The notes: generated by a model not told the origin, from the sequence alone. A DNA stretch of 64,000 nucleotides from Somniosus microcephalus (GCA_052327205.1 CM126207.1:51088001-51152000); one strand, 5' to 3'; counted from the stretch's first letter, positions 12,275 through 25,947 are shown. Numbers and translations: made by a program.

Positions 12275-14710
12275 AATGGGCAAGATTGCACACAAGTTCT
12301 GCTGCAGAGGACTCAAGTGAGCACTTCGATGGGGCAGGCTATAGAAGAAGGCTGATGGATATGCACAATGAAATGCTTGGTGCATTGGCAGGCCTGCCTG
12401 CAATGTCGAGGAGCATAGAGGAGTCCAGCACCAACTTGGCACAGGGCTTTGCACAGGATGGAAGTGACGGCCAACTCCATTAGCACACTTGCAGACCCAG
12501 CCAGGATGCAGCATTTGATGGCCGATGTCTCAGCTTCCATTGCAGCACAAGCAGAAGCCACACAACGTCTGGGTGCTGCAGTGGAAGCGCAGACTTCTGT
12601 CATGCAAGGTCAGCTCACTGCCACGCAATCTCAGACTGCTGCCATCGTGGCTGCGGCTACCAGTGTTCAAGAACCTGCTGTCCTCTCTCCGGATTACAGC
12701 ATTCGTCCTCTCACTCCGCCAGTGCCCTTGCTATTGCCTGTCAACCATGCAGACCAGGCTGCTGCCGCCCATGGTGCAGTCCGAAGCCGGGCCTTCAAGG
12801 CCCAGAGCTGCTCAAGATCACCCTCCAAGGCCATCTGCAGTCTTCCCCCACTGAAAGTCCGCAGTCTTCCACCAGCCATGCTGCAGCCATTGGGTTAGCT
12901 CTGCGTAGGAGCACTAGGACAGGCAAAGGCCCACAGAAGACAGGCACTAAGGGAATGCACAAGGGTGATTACGTAGTTTACATTTGTATGCAATATGGCA
13001 TGATTTCATTTATAAATTTGGTTTGGAATGTTTATTTTGTGTTGGCTTTTATTTTTGTATTGTGGCCAAGTGGACGCTGTGATGGTCAGTGACTGAGGGA
13101 AGGTAAAGTGTGGGACTGTTGGTGAATGTGGAATTGGGGTTGCGTATACTGGCTTCGCAGCCGGGTGAGTCTGTCACGGACAGCCCGGCCAGAAAGGGGC
13201 TGTCTGGGTAGCTTCCTCTTCCTCCTCCTCCTCAGCTGGTCACCGTATGGCTGGTGGCAATGGCTGTGCCTCACGAAGGCGAGGTTGTGCAGCATGCAGC
13301 AGACCACCATGAAACTCGACACCTGCTCTGCCGAGTAATGCAGGGCTTCTCCAGAGCGGTCCAGGAAGCGGAAGCATTGCTTTAGCACGCCAATGGTCTG
13401 CTCGATGATATATTGTGTGGTAGCTTGGCTTTCATTGTATGCATGCTGCCCACATATGTGTGGATTGCGCACCAGTGTCATGAGCCATGTTGTTAACGGA
13501 TAGCTCTTGTTGCCCATGAGCCACCCTCTGGTTTGTCATGGTGGCTCAAATGCAGATGGGACAGTGGACTGCCCCCAGAATGAAGGCATCATGATTGCTG
13601 CCAGGATATCGAGCATTGACCTGCATGATTGGCTGAGTGTAGTCACACACCAGCTGGACATTGAGAAAATGGAATCCCTTTTGGTTGCGGTACATCTCAG
13701 AGTTGACATGCGCCACCCACAAAGCGATGTGTGTGCAGTCAATGGCAGCCTGCACCATGGGGAAGCCTGCAATCCTCATGAAGCCACGTGCTCACTCCGC
13801 CTGCTGCTCTCTGGCCAGAGAGAAGGAAATGTATTCAGCTCTCTTGGAATACAGAGCCTCAGTTTCCTCCCTTATGCAACAATGCACAGCAAACTGGGAG
13901 ATGTTGCAAATATTTCCTCCCACACATAAAAGTTAATGACCACCGTGACCTTCACAGCCACTGACAATGCAGTCCTTACCTTGCTGAGGTTGCAGTTGTG
14001 GCTGCAGCAGGTGGCGCATTTCAGTGAGGACATCCATGGTGAAGCACAGACATCTGACACACTGTTCCTCACTGAGGTTCAGGAAGGAGAATTGCTCCTT
14101 GAACACCCTGGGCGGATATGACCTCCTGCTGAGAGCCCTTCTCCCCTCCTCCTTCTCCTCCCTTTTCCCCCAGCTTGTCCTGCTCTGTGGTGCCTCTGCT
14201 CATTGTCTATGTCATGCTGCAGGCCAAGTGGAATGCCTACTAGTGCACCCATGTCTTGGAGCAAATGGTCTGTGCAGAATCCTTGAAATCAGGACAAAGT
14301 CCTTCAGCATCTGCCACACCACACCCTGTAGATTTTAGCAACTTTAAATAACTGTACAAACCACCAAACACTTCTACAAACTCAGCAACAGCCAGTAGAA
14401 ATCAACCAGCAACTAACCTGTAAATAGTTGATGATCCCTTTAAATAGCGCTGGTGAGGAGTCCTTCCTGCTGCTGAACTCATGTTCAGCTGTGTAGGCTT
14501 AAGAGAGGCAGTTAGCTGGAACGTTGAGCTCCAATATGGCAGCGCTGGTGTCAAATCAGCATTACACGCTGATTGTAGTCACGATCTGCCTACTCTGCAT
14601 AGTTCCGGCACATGCTCCCTGCGCCCTGCCCAAGATGGCATCCGGCCCGGCCCACACCAGAAGTGTGCTCAGGTGCTATTTTGGAACCATAGCAGAGCTG
14701 AATTTTGCAG
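12275..14710 (-). mobile_element. PIF/Harbinger DNA transposon remnant: decayed transposase on - (about 13086-14252) and convergent second-ORF remnant on + (about 12280-12970)
   Basis: Motifs AGFPMVQAAIDCTHI, YRNQKGFHFLNVQLVCD, ARYPGSNHDAFIL, IEQTIGVLKQCFRFLD, VCCMLHNLA. Frameshifted; catalytic GDKGY reads GNKSY. Confidence 0.9.
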
Positions 14711-14711
14711 C

Positions 14712-14885
14712 TATTATCTGGTCGTTATCACATTGCTATTTGTGGGAGCTTGCTGTGCACAAATTAGCTGTCGCGTTTCCTACATTACAACAGTGACTCC
14801 ACTTCAGAAGTACTTCATTGGCTGCAAAACGCTTTGGGACGCCTGAAGTCGCGAAAGGCGCTATATAAATTCAAGTCTTTCTTTC
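14712..14885 (+). mobile_element. DeuSINE-type SINE 3' half with L2-like tail
   Basis: gggagcttgctgtgcacaaatt...aaggcgctatataaattcaagtctttctttc; homologous to 33586-33770 (-). Confidence 0.8.
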
Positions 14886-15089
14886 AATAACACTGCTGTT
14901 TCAGTGAATACTGAGCTGAGCTGAAGAACTCTCACTAAAACCATTTTCATTAGCGAATTGAAGATCACAATGATGCTTTTGACAATTGAAAAGCAATTAT
15001 TGTGACTACAGAGGTTCTTTTTAGAACTGGAGTTTACATGCTATCCCAATGATGATGCTTGGAATCCATGAGTGGTGAGCATACCATGT

Positions 15090-15872
15090 CCAGGGCCCCA
15101 AACACCCCTTCCAGGTGAAACAGCGATTTACTTGTACTTCTCGCAATTTAGTATACTGTATTCGCTGCTCACGATGTGATCTCCTCTACATTGGGGTGAC
15201 CGCTTTGCGGAACACCTCCGTTCAGTCCGTAAGGGGGACCCCAAGCTTCCGGTCGCCTGTCATTTTAATTCACTGCTACACTCCCACTCAGACCTCGCCG
15301 TCCTCGGCCTCTTGCATTTTTCCACGGAAGCTCAGCGTAAGCTCGAGGAACAGCACCTCATCTTTCGATTAGGCACTTTACAGCCCTCTGGACTCAACAT
15401 AGAGTTCAACAATTTCAGATCATAACCTCGGCCCCTATCATTTATATATATATATTTTTTTTTCTTACCAAACTTTTTGTCTGTCTTTTTTTCTTCTCCC
15501 CCACATGGCAGCTGTCTTTCATTCTGCCAGCACAATTTACACTTCATCTAGAGCCATCCTTTGTTTCTTAACCTGTTCCATTACCATCTCCTTTTGCCTT
15601 GAATATCTCTTAATGTCTCTTAATCTCTTCCACCTTCCATCCTATCACAGACCTTCCCTTTTGTTCTTTCATCCCCTCCCCCCTTTCCCAGCCTCTTCAC
15701 TTGCTTAAAAATCTGTTCCATTTCCTGCTTTTTTCCAGTTCTGACGAAAGGTCATCGACCTGAAACGTTAACTCTGTTTCTCTCTTCACAGATGCTGCCT
15801 GACCTGCTGAGTATTTCCAGCATTTTCTGTTTTTATTTCAGATTTCCAGCATCTGCAGTATTTTCTTTTTGT
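15090..15872 (+). mobile_element. Penelope-like retroelement, 5'-truncated, with 9-bp TSD
   Basis: GIY-YIG motif KQRFTCTSRNLVYCIRCSRCDLLYIG; direct repeat ataccatgt at 15081-15089 and 15873-15881. Confidence 0.9.
15737..15773 (+). ncRNA. Minimal type I hammerhead ribozyme motif in Penelope pLTR
   Basis: AGUU-CUGACGA-A-AGGUC(AUC)GACCU-GAAA-CG-UU-AACU: catalytic boxes, stem II, palindromic stem III, stem I AGUU/AACU. Confidence 0.75.
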
Positions 15873-18800
15873 ATACCATGTTCTTCCCTGGATATAAGCA
15901 TAAATCTTTTCATTTAAAAATTTTGTTTAATTTCATTTGAATAACATATTCTTTGAAGACAATTTTAAAATGCAGTGCTTATATATTTTGTGGAGTGGGC
16001 ATGATCACCAAATTTGTTCTTTTCAGAATTTACTATAACATTGAAGTCATTAAGGATCTATTGTGAAATTGCATATGTATTCAACAGAGGGAGCTGGTCC
16101 CGTTTTGGAGCCAAATTGGTTAACAATAACGTGAAACACTAATTTTCAATTTATTGCAGAGTGAATGGAAACTTTATACTCAGTGTGTTCAGATTATTCT
16201 TACATAAAGCTTTACTATTATTAAGATCATAAACTAAAAGGATTTCAGAAGTTCGATAGTTTAAATAATTAAGAAGTAATTTTATTAGGGTGCGTTTAAG
16301 TATAGTTTGGTGGACAGTCTAATCCCATTGTGGTAGTTTAAATGCTATATTGAATTCTATATTTCAACAGTTAATTCAATAACATAATTTAGGAGAACCA
16401 GAATAAGTATGTGCCTGGTGTTGGTCAAAAGTTGAAAGACTGGTGAAGAATGAAGAAGAAGAAGAAAACAGATTACTTACTGATTGAGTTCCGAGGCCTA
16501 AACCAGTGCACCGAAAAAAAATCTGAATTATTTTGATAAAGCAGTTGAACCTTATCAATGAGGTTGAATGTTTTTATAATTAGCATTGTCCAAATCCATA
16601 TTGAACTAAACAGAAGAGCATAATTGTCACTTGTTGCTTCACTATATAAACTGAAAAGGAATAACTTTGTCAAGCATATGTACAATATATTACTGATATG
16701 CTGTGCAAAATTAAACCCAGCTACGGTTGTGATTCTGTAATTCTGGACTGCTTAATGTTACGTTACGTTGAATACTGTTACTGCTGTGTTGTAATTTCAA
16801 AGCTGATTAAATTATTCTGGTTGTGATAATTAAGTGGTTGTGATAATTAAGTTGACAATCATCTTGTCCTACACTACATAGAATTAGTATTTAAAAAACT
16901 AGTTATTAGTTGCATAACAAACTGCATCCTGTTCAGTCTTTGATATCTTTAGGGTGAGACAAGATATAAATTGGCTTAGCCAATTCCTGGTGGTGACCAG
17001 GCCATAGCTGAGTTTGTTCATGACTTGAGAGGAAATCTAAATTATATATCACAAATAAATACCCCAGACATAAACCTAAATTGCTAATACTATTCTTGCA
17101 TTTTTGACAATCACCTCTCAACAAAAATACAGATAGACAAAGCTGGTTACAGTCTCTCTGGCTCTCTTCCATACAATAGTAGGTTGGGGGAATTAGAAGT
17201 ATAGTCTTCAGTTATCTACTATGTTTCACCTGATGTTGATAAGCTAAAGAAGGATGAGGAAGACCAAACATCTTAGTTCATTCATCCAGATAGACTCTAC
17301 ATTCTCCTCATTGCAGCATCTCATTTATTTGTTAAATGATTCCAGTGTTTTCACTTCCACTACTCCACTGATCACTCTGATGTACTGGTCACTCTGATGT
17401 TGCCTTCAGTGGTTATATTTGAACCAATGCAGAAGGAACACAAAACTGCATTTAATCCATGCAATACCTAACCTACGGCTGCTTAATATCATCACCACAT
17501 GCAAAGAGAAAAGATATTCACTTTCATAGCACTGTTGTCTCTTATTTTGATAAACACTATTGACAAAAGTGATATTACTCATAATAAAAATTGGCTTGTA
17601 GATTGCCAAATGAAAAGCATTATCCAAGTGAGTTGGTACCTGTTATAATTTTAACCAGAAAAGGGTGATTTGCTTAAATGAAAAGTCTGTCAATTTACCT
17701 AATATATATGACATATTTAAGCAGTGGGACATGGAAGGTTCAAAGTTCTCCCTTTCAGAAAAATATTGGTGTTGTTTCTACCCCACCACCTCCACTGGTA
17801 AAGGCAGTGAGTAATAAACCCATACAGACCACAAAATTCCAGTTTCAAGCTCCAATCTGTGCTGAGTTTGCTAAAAAAGGAATCATCCATATTTTCATTA
17901 GTCAGAAGGAAGTTATTGATTGCTTAAAAATTCATTTTGTTGTCATTTACACAAGGAATAAGACAATAAACTCAGCCTGTAGAATAACTTAACTACAGAA
18001 ACTTGTTCATGTTTCTGCATATTTGCATCGAATCTTAAGATGAAATAAAGTGTTCAAAGGAAATGTTTCTTGCATCATTTGTATCTTTTGTTAGTTATTA
18101 TTCATGGCAGCATTTATGAAATTTGATAATTCATTACACCTAATGTGAAGAAATAATCACATGCTAATGATTTGTAGTTTTAGCCTGAATTATGTGGCCT
18201 GACGGTTTGCTATCTTTGCCTATCAAAGACATCAGGTGGGCATCCCTTAACATTTTCAGTCAATTACTCAGTAGCACAAGAGTATATTGTTAACCCTGAG
18301 GTACATTCTTCCCATTCAGTGCATGCTTCAGATGGTAAGTTCTGGCTAATAAGAAACTGCAGTCTTCCATCAACACCAATAACAGATGCTGAAAGAATTG
18401 TAACATCGCCTTTATTTGAATTGGGGCACAGCTTTTACATGGAATTTACAGCACAGAAACAGGCCATTCAGCCCAACTGGTTTGTGCCAGTGTTTATGCT
18501 CCTCCCACCCTACTTCATCTAACCCTATCTGAATAAGGTATCCTATGCAACTTACTGAACCTTGAGGATGTTTTTACTAGCTGCTTTTGAACTAGTTATT
18601 ATACAAGAATGGGAAAGATGATGCTGAGCTTTATTGCACCCAATGGAGCTTCTTATGACATCAATAATAATTTTTGTCTTTGGTGTTGTATTGTTTTATT
18701 AGCTAAGGTTTCAAATTGAGGCTGTTTCTTCACTAAGAACAAAATGGTGAACTGCAGACATTCTATCTGAGAATCAGGCAGAGTTGTTCATAAATAGCCA

Positions 18801-19673
18801 ATAAGGGGTTTCTTTTGATGATTAATGATTAAATGTTAATGGCTGCAGCATTTGTCAGACTAATATGTAATTTCAATCATTGCCACATGTGAAGATAGTC
18901 TCATTGGAACACAGGATGAGAAATGTAATGGTTACAGGCCATTGTCATATTGCCTACCAAGGAGCACAGACTCTTGATATTTTGTTTGCTTGACTCCACC
19001 AGAGAAAGCCCAGAAAGATAAATGACTCAGCTCGGGCTGCTTGTATTGATTCCGGGTGAAAATGCACCAGCTCCATGGGTGTAACATTTCATCCCAACAC
19101 AACTCAAAACTGCATGCTGTGTACCAAGAAACAAGAAAATACTCAGCTGTAGAAACTATTCCATTACAAGAATCTGAAAGCAGCATTTGCAAAAAGATAT
19201 ATTAACCCTTTATGGACTGTTACCACTTCTCTTATACAAGTATTGTGCTGTTTATTGTATCTATATTTTTGCTTCTGTAAATCATTTTTATTGTAAATAA
19301 ATACAGCCTTTATCCAACTTGCTCAATGTGTTTAGATTGTGATATTTTCTATCTTACAAGTTGACCTAAGATGTTGTGGGCATTCTACATGTTCTCCACC
19401 AAACAATTTACCATAAAACAAAAAAAAGCATTAATTGTTAAATGTGGGCTTTGGTAGTTTGGCACAAAATAAAGGATGTCAGTCTTAGTTTGCAGGTAAT
19501 GCCATCTGCTTATGGAACGTGTTGTCAAGTCACATCAGAAAACGGCATGGAGAAAACCCCAATATAACATTACTCACTGATAGGTCCTGTAGCAAATGTC
19601 AACGGAGTGGCTTCTTAGTCAATATAAAGACCTAAAATGGTAGATTTCCATGAGGGAAGCAAAGTAACTTTTA

Positions 19674-20606
19674 CATAAGAACATAAGAACATAAGAAATA
19701 GGAGCAGGAGTAGGCCAATCAGCCCCTCGAGCCTGCTCCACCATTCAATAAGATCATGGCTGATCTGATCCTAACCTCAAATCTTCTATCACTCTGCATC
19801 CACCCGAACCCATGTGATCTCCCGGGAGAGGCGAAAAACCAGATAAAGACCCAATGGCCAATTTGGGAGAAAAAAATCTGGGAAATTCCTCTCCGACCCA
19901 TCTAGGCGATCGAAATTCTTCCAGGAGATCACTCTGTCCCTATATTTTCTACAGTACTTACCTTCTGTAAAGGCGATCTCCACCCCAGCCAGGAACAGGA
20001 ATAAAACCATCTCCTGAAATCTAACACAGAATTAGAACACAGTAGGAGCAGAACCAGGCTACACAGCCCCTGGGCCCACTCCACTACCCACAGGGCCATG
20101 ACCATTCCGAACCTAGACTCATGTCCAATTTCCTGCCCGCTCCCCGTAACCCTTAATTCCCTTTACTTCTACGAAACTATCTATTTCTGTTTTAAATTTA
20201 TTTAATGATGTAGCTTCCACAGCCTTCTGTGGCAGCAAATTCCACAAACCCACCACCCTCTGAGTGAAGAAGTTTCTCCTCATCTCAGTTTTGAAAGATC
20301 AGCCCCTTATTTTAAGATTATGCCCCCTAGTTCTAGTTTCACCCTTCATTGGGAACATCCTCACCGCATCCACCCGATCAAGCTCCTTCACAATCTTATA
20401 TGTTTCAATAAGATCACCTCTCATTCTTCTGAACTCCAATGAGTAGAGTCCCAATCTACTCAACCTCTCCTCATATGACCACTCCCTCATCCCCGGGATT
20501 AACCGAGTGAACCTTCTTTGTACTGACTCGAGAGCAAGTATGTCTTTTCTTAAGTATGGACACCAAAACTGTATGCAGTATTCCAGGTGCGGTCTCACCA
20601 ATACCT
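19674..20606 (-). mobile_element. CR1 LINE 3' end with long composite 3' UTR and (ttcttatg)n tail
   Basis: ORF 20299-20601 VRPHLEYCIQFW..RGDLIETYKI; acataaga x3 at 19674-19697. Confidence 0.9.
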
Positions 20607-21759
20607 TTTAATATAAAGATTTCCTAATGGGCAATAACCCTTATCTTTGGTTGAATATTCTAAATTGAAAGCATCCTCGTGTCCTGATATTTTATTTTAA
20701 ATTTCATTCGGTCACACAGGGCAACAATAATAATATAGGAATGCACATAAGTTAAAATTTGTAATGAGCCTGTACTACATCACAATGCTCAGAAAATGTC
20801 ATAAAATATTATGGAAACCCTGAGATCTGTTAGAATCTTTCAACGTCTCTGGACTGTGTTACTGGAAATTATGCATAAAGCTGAAATTTGTGGTGCTTTC
20901 TCATTTTCACAGGTTCTTTTTGATGTTGCTGGCAGTGAGTGCATGGTGGGCAGCTAACAGATGGCAAACTCTGTCAATTGAATCATGTGATTTGAAATGA
21001 AATGTTAATGTACTGTGAGATTTGAATTGTAATGATAGCAGGTTTTTATTTCACTGTGTTATAGAGAAATAGCATACCCTGCCTCTGATATTAAGTAACA
21101 AATTAACTTTATATAATTTAAATTAGATCTGAAAATATACAATTAAACAGCCTGAATATGACATCTCTTGTAAGTGCTATTTTGTAATGGTATGATAGTC
21201 AATCACAGAAGTTATTAAGGAGTGCATATTAGTTAAAATATTGTCTAGGTCATCGGGACAATTTATAATACACAGGACAAATTATTACTATACTAATCAA
21301 TCATTCACTTTAGTTTAAAGATAGTCTGCATATTTTAGTGCCTAGATAAATAATAACTTCGTCGTCGCTGGGTCAAAATCCTGGAACTCCCTCCCTAACA
21401 GCACTGTGAGAGTACCATCACCACATGGACTGCAGCGGTTCAAGAAGGTGGCTCAGCACCACCTTCTCAAGGGCAACTAGGGAGGGGCAATAAATGCTGG
21501 CCCTGCCAGCGACGCCCAGATCCCATAAGTGAATTAAATAAACCTTCCTTTTCACTGCAAGAATCTTCCTTGAACCAGTTCAATTTCCCTGGGAATTTTT
21601 TGGGCATCTCTGTACATGTGCATGGAGAAACTATGTTGCTTATGGCTATAAGGTAATATAGTTCTGTGCAAGTAGGAGGAATTGTTGTTCCACATACAAT
21701 AATTTGAAGGTGTTGCATTCCTCTCCACTATGCATACACATAGATATTGTTAACGAAAA

Positions 21760-22381
21760 GTAGGAATGTAGGAACAGGAGTAGGCCATTTAGCCCCTCGA
21801 GCCTGTTCCACCATTGAATGAGATTGTGGCTGATCTGCGACCTAACTCCATATACCCGCCTTTGCCCAATATCCCTTAATACCTTTGATTAATAAAAATC
21901 TATCAATCTCAGATTTAAAATTAAAATTTGATCTAGCACCAATTGACATTTGCGGAAGAAAGTTCCAAACTTCTACCACACTTTGTGTGTAGAAGTGTTT
22001 CCTAATTTCACTCCTGAAAGGTCTGGCTCTAATTTTTAGACTATGGCCCTTAGTCTTAGTCTCCCCAGCCAGCGGAAATAGTTTCTCTCTACCCTATCTG
22101 TTCCCCTTAATATCTTGAAAACTTCAATCAAATCACTCCTTAACCTTCTAAATTCCAGGGAATACAGCCCTAGTTTGTGTAATCTCTCCTCATAATTTAA
22201 CCCCTGGAGTCCAGGTATCATTCCGGTAAATCTATTCTGCACTCCCTCCAAGGCCAATATATCCTTCCTAAGGTGTGGTGCCCAGAACTGCTCACAGTAC
22301 TCCAGGTGTGGTCTAACCAGGGCTTTGTATAGCTGCAGCATAACTTCTACCCCTTTGTATTCTAGTCCTCTTGATATAAAA
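21760..22381 (-). mobile_element. CR1 LINE 3' end
   Basis: LYKALVRPHLEYCEQFWAPHLRKDILALEGVQ..; CR1 3' terminal ggagtaggccatt..cccctcgagcc motif. Confidence 0.9.
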
Positions 22382-24891
22382 GTAGCACATAAATGTTCCA
22401 AATCACATCTAATAGAAAATGTTAGAAGTGTTTTTGGCATAGAACAAAGGGTCAATTTTCTTTGAAACTGATTAACACACTCGTTTGTTCTGCCCATAGA
22501 GTTCATATATATAAATATAAAACTAGAATGTATACCCTATACTTAGTTTTTCTTTTTTCCCTAATGCATGTTCAGTCTGGTATCCTAACAGAACAATGGA
22601 AAATGAGCAGCAAATTGAAAAAAAAATTTTTTAAGTTCTGTTCAGCAAATGACACACAATATGGTAAGGACATAAACTCTATTGAGGATATCAAGTCAAC
22701 TGATTCTGCCAAACTTTGACAATAAGACTTTTTTGTATTTGTTTATGGGATCTGGGCACCGCTGGCAAGGCCGGCATTTATTGCCCATCCCTAGTTGCCC
22801 TTGAGAAGGTGGTGGTGAGCCGCCTTCTTCAACCTCTGCAGTCCGTGTGGTGATGGTACTCTCACAGTGCTGCTAGGTAGGGAGTTCCAGGATTTTGACC
22901 CAGCGACGTTGAAGGATCGACGATATACTTCTAAGACTGGAAGAAGCATCTGCATTTATGAACTGCCAGATTAATAAATGACCATAAATAATGCTAGGGT
23001 TAAATGTAACGTATAGTTACATCCCTGGTGGAATTTAAGTCCTGCGTAATGTTGCTGCAGTGAATACTGTTATATTACAGCAGTCAATCGAGTGCAATTT
23101 TGTTCCCTAGAATACAGATTTGTTTTTAAAAATCTGCTGTTGGAGATCCTTGTCTAGTCATATGCTATTTTTAACCTCTGGTCTGGTCAGCTTTTACCTT
23201 CCAGTTTGAACCTAGATCAGAAAACTGACATTCCCCCTTCTCTGCGGGTGTATGGATCCTGGCTTTCAGTAGACTAAACCTCCTAGTATAAAAAGCTCAT
23301 ATTATAAAAATGACGCAATTTTGACAATTTGGCTCTTCATCCTCAAGGATTAGAAAGAAGTGTTGGAAAATGTAAAAGAGGCCATATAGATAATTGATGG
23401 GGAAAGGAGACTAGGTCTATTTTGAGACTGGGTATAAGGTACGTTTTCAGCTCAAAAGCAGCTTCCACCTTATGTCTTTCTTAGTTGTTACAGAGACATT
23501 AATCCACCCACAGTGGAAAATATTCTTGTTAATTGCACTTCAATTTGATGAGCACATAGAAAACGATGTCATTTCGGAATATCTGAGCGTACTTTTCCCT
23601 CCAAGAGTTATTTAGAATAGTCAGAAATCATTCAGATTCCATCCTGGCTCATATTAAACTAGCATTGCAATTATAATCATTTATTGTCAAAGTAAGTAGG
23701 CCAGAAAACTGCTTGGCGAAACAGTGCCAAAAGCGGAATATTGTGGCGGGAAAGCGAGTGAAGGTCCTCGCACGGAACTTGCTGCTCTGTGAAGTTATAA
23801 TTACATTATTTTAAAGAAAGAATGGTCAACAATCCCTATTGTCGATCATAGAGATTTCTCGATTGATATATTTCGTGTAGAACGAGGGGAATGTGATGAA
23901 AGGAAAACTAAATAAATCCCAGAGAAATAGCGTGTGCCTGTGACAAGACAAATGCTCCTCAGAACCTCGCGCTGAATTTAAACAAAACAAGAAACTGCCA
24001 CCATGACGTATTTTTATGTATTATACGGATTGTAATAAATAAGGAGACTTTTCAGACTTTGTGAAATGCAATTTAACACGTAACAGCTATTAGGACAAAT
24101 GTTACAAACTCTGTATTTCTTTGACCTGCAGTTCACCATCTGTTCAGTTTGTTACATAAATAAACTTTTTATAAATATCTCTCTTTTATAAACATATAAA
24201 TAGTTTAAACATAAATACATTTATGCAGAAATGAAATAAACAATTTATAGTAGCGACAATGTACAGCTGCATTAGTTCCTACAACACGTTCCATCACGTT
24301 TCTTTGCAGTAAGGTCGCTGGTGATGTGGTTCGTCGTACCGGGAGTTATGGCATCGTTTTCGTATTAAACGGTACTTTTAGGGAGACAACAAAGACACAC
24401 AAGTAGTTTTCGGAACCCATCATCAGCCCGGTGTCCTGTGGATAGAAACATAAGGTGTCAGTGTGGCAGGGAGTGAGTGTCGGACACAAGTGTCCCAAAG
24501 TGTAGGGGTGGAAAAACCTGCATTTTGAATTACACTCGGATATGATCTATAGGTTATACTCTGGAAAGTTAACAAAAACTGGTTTAAACAAAAAATGTAA
24601 ACTGTCGAAAACTGTCGTAATGTAACTAAAACACTTTACGTTTCCCTGTTGCAATCACAGTTGGAGTTGATTGAATCTGAGAAACCCTGGATTCCTTGCT
24701 CCCTGAATCGCCGCATCAATCGTGTGGATGCAGCAGAAACCAGCAGCCAGTATTGTAATGGACGCAACAGGCGGCGACGAGAGAAAGTTTCAAAAAAACT
24801 TTTGAGCTAACGTAAATTACCAGCAAAGTAAAACCAAGCGAATTCGAGCAATGCTTGCAACAGTCGCTTACCGTCGCTAGGTGTCGTAGAT

Positions 24892-25152
24892 CTAACAGCC
24901 CAGTCCGCTCATCGCTCCTATTCTGTCCAGCTTGCGTCCGAAACAGCCCTTGGACAAGCCTTTCTTGTTGATTCCTCGGAACCTCCTGGGGTTGTTGTAG
25001 TCGTTGAAAAGCCGAGCCCAGGTGCTCTTTGATCTGGCGTTGAAGCTGAGGTCTCGTAAAAACCGGACCTTGGAATTCACATCTGCAAGGGCACCCCTTT
25101 CTTCTGAGGAAAGGTACTCAGAAAATTCTTCACCTAATAAATGTGCAAGATC
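24892..25152 (-). CDS. NPPC: C-type natriuretic peptide precursor, coding exon 2 (contains CNP-53 at 24895-25053 and CNP-22 at 24895-24960)
   Basis: Acceptor ttttacag|gat at 25152. [86 protein letters not shown]: 17-aa Cys ring ending at the stop codon. Donor gtaag 20 nt after the stop. Lies downstream of COPS7B as in mammals. Confidence 0.96.
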   Translation of the reverse strand, partial: DLAHLLGEEFSEYLSSEERGALADVNSKVRFLRDLSFNARSKSTWARLFNDYNNPRRFRGINKKGLSKGCFGRKLDRIGAMSGLGC

Positions 25153-25728
25153 CTGTAAAAGGAAGCGGAAATAGGCAATCTTTAGTCATAGTATATAACA
25201 TCGGAATATATTTAAATTAGCTCAGTGTCATTGTTTACCATTATAAACATTATAAATGCTAATCCAGTTATGTATTTCAACCATGCATTAATATTTATAG
25301 CCACCGTATTTATATCTGAATTTGTCACCAAAGACACAATAGGAATGAAACGTGAGATCATTTACTATCAACAATATTGCAATGGGAAAAATAGTATTCG
25401 CAAAAGAAAAATCAATGGTGGTCACAGAAGGGACTGTGTAAACACACTGAAGAAATGCACCTGTTTTAAAAACAAATTATATCATATTCATTTTTAGATG
25501 GTTATTTTTGTAAATATAAAGTTTATTACTTGATTTAAAACAAACATGAAAATATTAATTGCACTGATTTTCAAATGCGAAAGGCAGCAAAGGCTTGCGA
25601 TAAATTTCTAACAATTACTCATTTTAGTTGATTTAGTGATGTAGAGCGTTAGGTTACACAAACACTATGCATGCTTCTTAACACGGATCGCCCATGACTT
25701 GCTATCTGAACAAATGTCATCAACTTAC

Positions 25729-25818
25729 TTGCTGTGACTGAAGCAGGGGCTTTGCATCCGTCCTTGTGGGCAGCAGAGCCAGGAATAGTCCAAATACCAA
25801 AAACGAGGAGATGTTCAT
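25729..25818 (-). CDS. NPPC: NPPC coding exon 1, signal peptide (MNISSFLVFGLFLALLPTRTDAKPLLQSQQ)
   Basis: ATG at 25818, 90 nt, hydrophobic core with TDA|KP cleavage-like site, phase-0 donor caa|gtaagt joining exon 2 in frame (116 aa total). Confidence 0.92.
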
Positions 25819-25947
25819 TCTTGTTTGATCAGGTGGCGAATTCTACGGCTAGATACAATAGAATTAAAGTTGGTGGGTTAAGGTTTGGAGTTCTGTCTGC
25901 CTCTAGATCAAGAGTCGTCTGCTGCTTTCTCGGCAGCTTTTCAATCA

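Noticed and set aside
12238-12898. Ala/Gln-rich ORFs as a host gene
   Set aside because: Frameshifted, convergent with a Harbinger transposase; best explained as the element's second ORF.
13086-14264. Domesticated HARBI1 gene
   Set aside because: Multiple frameshifts and loss of a catalytic Asp; a decayed transposon copy.
16819-16852. Tandem 17-bp duplication ggttgtgataattaagt, and similar small duplications near 17372 and 24599
   Set aside because: Ordinary slippage duplications with no further structure.
19674-19697. Short direct repeats as a CRISPR-like array
   Set aside because: These are 8-nt CR1 tail microsatellites with no spacers; the context is eukaryotic.
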